From Orbicella franksi (Eukaryota), in NCBI GenBank assembly GCA_964199315.1, contig OZ116702.1:8556001-8620000 (forward strand): 64,000 nucleotides of DNA. Direction: 5' to 3'. This document shows, piece after piece, positions 61,901 through 64,000 of this stretch. Each line of letters opens with the position of its first letter. The stretch's first letter is position 1. The notes under the pieces are model-generated. The model worked only from the letters and a program-made list of their open reading frames with translations, made no database searches and was not told where the DNA came from. Made by a program: the position numbers and the translations under genes.

Positions 61901-63649
61901 ATTAGTGGAAGTTTTATGACAGGCGAACAACTCACAATGGACGAAAACGGTGTCATAATCGTTGAAAAACCGAAACGTTTTGATTTTAAGCTGCTGAAAA
62001 CTTCGGGTTGGATCATAGCTGTAATCCAGTGTTGTATCTCGCGGGCATCTATAAAAAGTGAGAAGTGAGAACTAAAGTGAGAACAAAATTAACGTACTGT
62101 ACTTTGCAAAAGTAATGGAAAAGAAAGTCAAAAACATTCAAAATTGTTTGCGAATTTCGGTGAAAAAATGGCGAGGTATAACTTTAGGGCAACCTAATAC
62201 TAACGTTCGCTGATATTTCGAGGAATTTCATTTGGTTGAAACCAAACTTTCATTAAGGTAAGAGGTAAATTTTTCGTCAGTTTGGGTAATCAAAAGTTTC
62301 TTTGCGCGAAACACAAATTCATCTTCGTTTACTGTTAGCGAAACCTCATCTATCCTAAGTGTCATTTATCTCCATTGAAATTGCATTTCTGGTGACCTTC
62401 AGTGACGAAGATTTCTTTTCGCTTTTCCGAGGGTGAACTCGAACACCGCAACCGGTATATGTACTTACCTTTATATTTGTTCCAGTATTTCCTTAACTTG
62501 GCCTATTTTAAACAAGGAGGCTATGCTGCAGCATATGTCAAGAATAACTTTCCCAGAAACTAATTCGTGCCGTTGGTCCTTATACAAGCTAAGTACAGTC
62601 GCCTCAACTCTCTCAGGCTCCCTAAAGCTACGTTCTAATTTGCCTGAATTACTTACGTTCCTCTCAGCTGTGCGTTGTTCAAAGAGGCAACCGGATTCAG
62701 CAGTGAATCAATCGTTCAAAACGAAAATGCTGCTCAGCCGCTACCAAAATTTGTTTGTGACGAGAGTTAAAGCAACCGCAAAAGAAAGGAAGAAATTTAG
62801 AATTCTGTTTAAGGACGTAATTTGCTCTCGTCGTAGTATTTATAACTTGACTTTAACACGCGCCAAGAGAAGAACACATTTTAATTGTTGCTGCCATCCA
62901 TAGCGCTGGAAGTGCACCTACCCATTTTCCATAATGGTGTATTGAGGCAAGGAGTAAAAACTTCCGTCTTTAGTGGCCTTACAGTTCACAGCCATTATCA
63001 CCAGTTCAGCACTTGATTCCACGCTGTAGCCCAAATACACATAATCGTCGAGAGACATTTCCAGTGGGTAGTCCTTCTGAGTGTAAGCCGTGGAAAATGA
63101 TGAACTATCGTAAAAGTCCATTTGAAAGGTAAAGTTACCGTATCCCGCTAAAAGAAAGGAGATAACAATTTTAAAGGAACCTCCACTGGTGGGACAAGCT
63201 GACGTATCAAAATTTAGAGGAAACTGAAATATTGTAAGAAAATACGTAAGAAAAAACAAACCCGAAAAAAATTTGTTTAAAAAAAGAGATCCCTCCATTA
63301 CCTTCGTGCCCAAAGAAAATACTCTGAGGTGTGAATCCAAGGCTTTGTAAGGTCTTTCTGGAGTAGCGGCAGGAAAATGGTAACTTTACGTCATGAGTTC
63401 GAGTGATGACATTGTCGATAATCAAGGCATCCGCTTGCACTTCATTCCGGAAGATAATATCGTCCTCTGTCTCGTTCACTAATGTCCCGCAGTCATCTAA
63501 AGGTGTGCTGATCACGAAGTGTGTTGAATTCTCTGTGGCTCTACATGAGGCATATCGGAGGTGCAGCTGGCTGACGTTAAGGAAATAATATCTTTCTTTT
63601 TTCAACGTCACCGTCATGTTGTTGCGTGTGCATGTGAGACTACTTGGCT
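58917..63649 (-). CDS. Convergent paralog of the ZP-domain membrane protein, 5'-partial; complement(join(58917..59065,60864..61015,61896..62048,62922..63147,63302..>63649))
   Basis: Five exons homologous to exons 13-17 of the + gene with the same phases; the 226- and 153-nt exons are identical in length. ZP-N, ZP-C, KRR site and TM are present; stop TAA at 58917-58919. The donor at 60863 (gttaat) is weaker. Confidence 0.87.
59836..59865. repeat. (GAA)n microsatellite in the last intron of the minus-strand paralog
   Basis: About ten GAA units. Confidence 0.9.
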
Positions 63650-64000
63650 CTGGAATGAAACAGAGTTTAAGAAATTAAGGAGGCTGAATTCAGTTTTGAA
63701 AAACTAAAAGAGTTCAACTTTTCACTCTGAAGTAAAATTTTCCAACGTGGTTTTTCTTTCTATAATTAATTTATGTTAAGCATCATATGCAAAGGGAAGA
63801 CTGGGCTCTAGTAGCTTAAATGATGTTCTTCTCAAAATTGACCGTTACAAACCTGTGTCAAGATTTCAGGAATTGGCTCCGGTTAAACATTCATGTAAAA
63901 TGAATTAAAATATGCACGACAGATTTTGAGCTATTCTTGAAATTTCAAAATGTTGAAATCAAATGTTCAATTGTTGTTGTTAATAGTGGTCAATGCGTTT

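Overview
AT-rich, intron-containing animal DNA. The repeat families and gene content suggest a scleractinian coral, probably Acropora-like (inference). Three genes were reconstructed by hand with consistent GT-AG phases. (1) A 5'-partial sacsin (SACS-like) gene on +, 3048-18728, with three Hsp90-like sacsin repeats, a J-domain and a HEPN domain, mostly in one 11,327-bp exon. (2) A complete 17-exon, 1003-aa type I membrane protein on +, 30534-51741: signal peptide, Sib/microbial-adhesin-like N-terminal region, Big_5-like Ig domain, two cbEGF, ZP module, furin site and TM helix. (3) The 3' part of a convergent paralog of gene 2 on -, 58917 to beyond 63649. Gene 2 is preceded by a dead exon-1 duplicate and by a tandem array of five ~620-bp chimeric units, each made of its own promoter, signal-peptide sequence and an intron-1 piece. 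The rest holds many SINEs and MITEs, Kolobok-like and foldback elements, and a Penelope fragment carrying a minimal hammerhead ribozyme. There are no rRNA genes, genuine tRNA genes or CRISPR arrays. All calls come from reading the sequence; no searches or alignments were run, and repeat boundaries are approximate.
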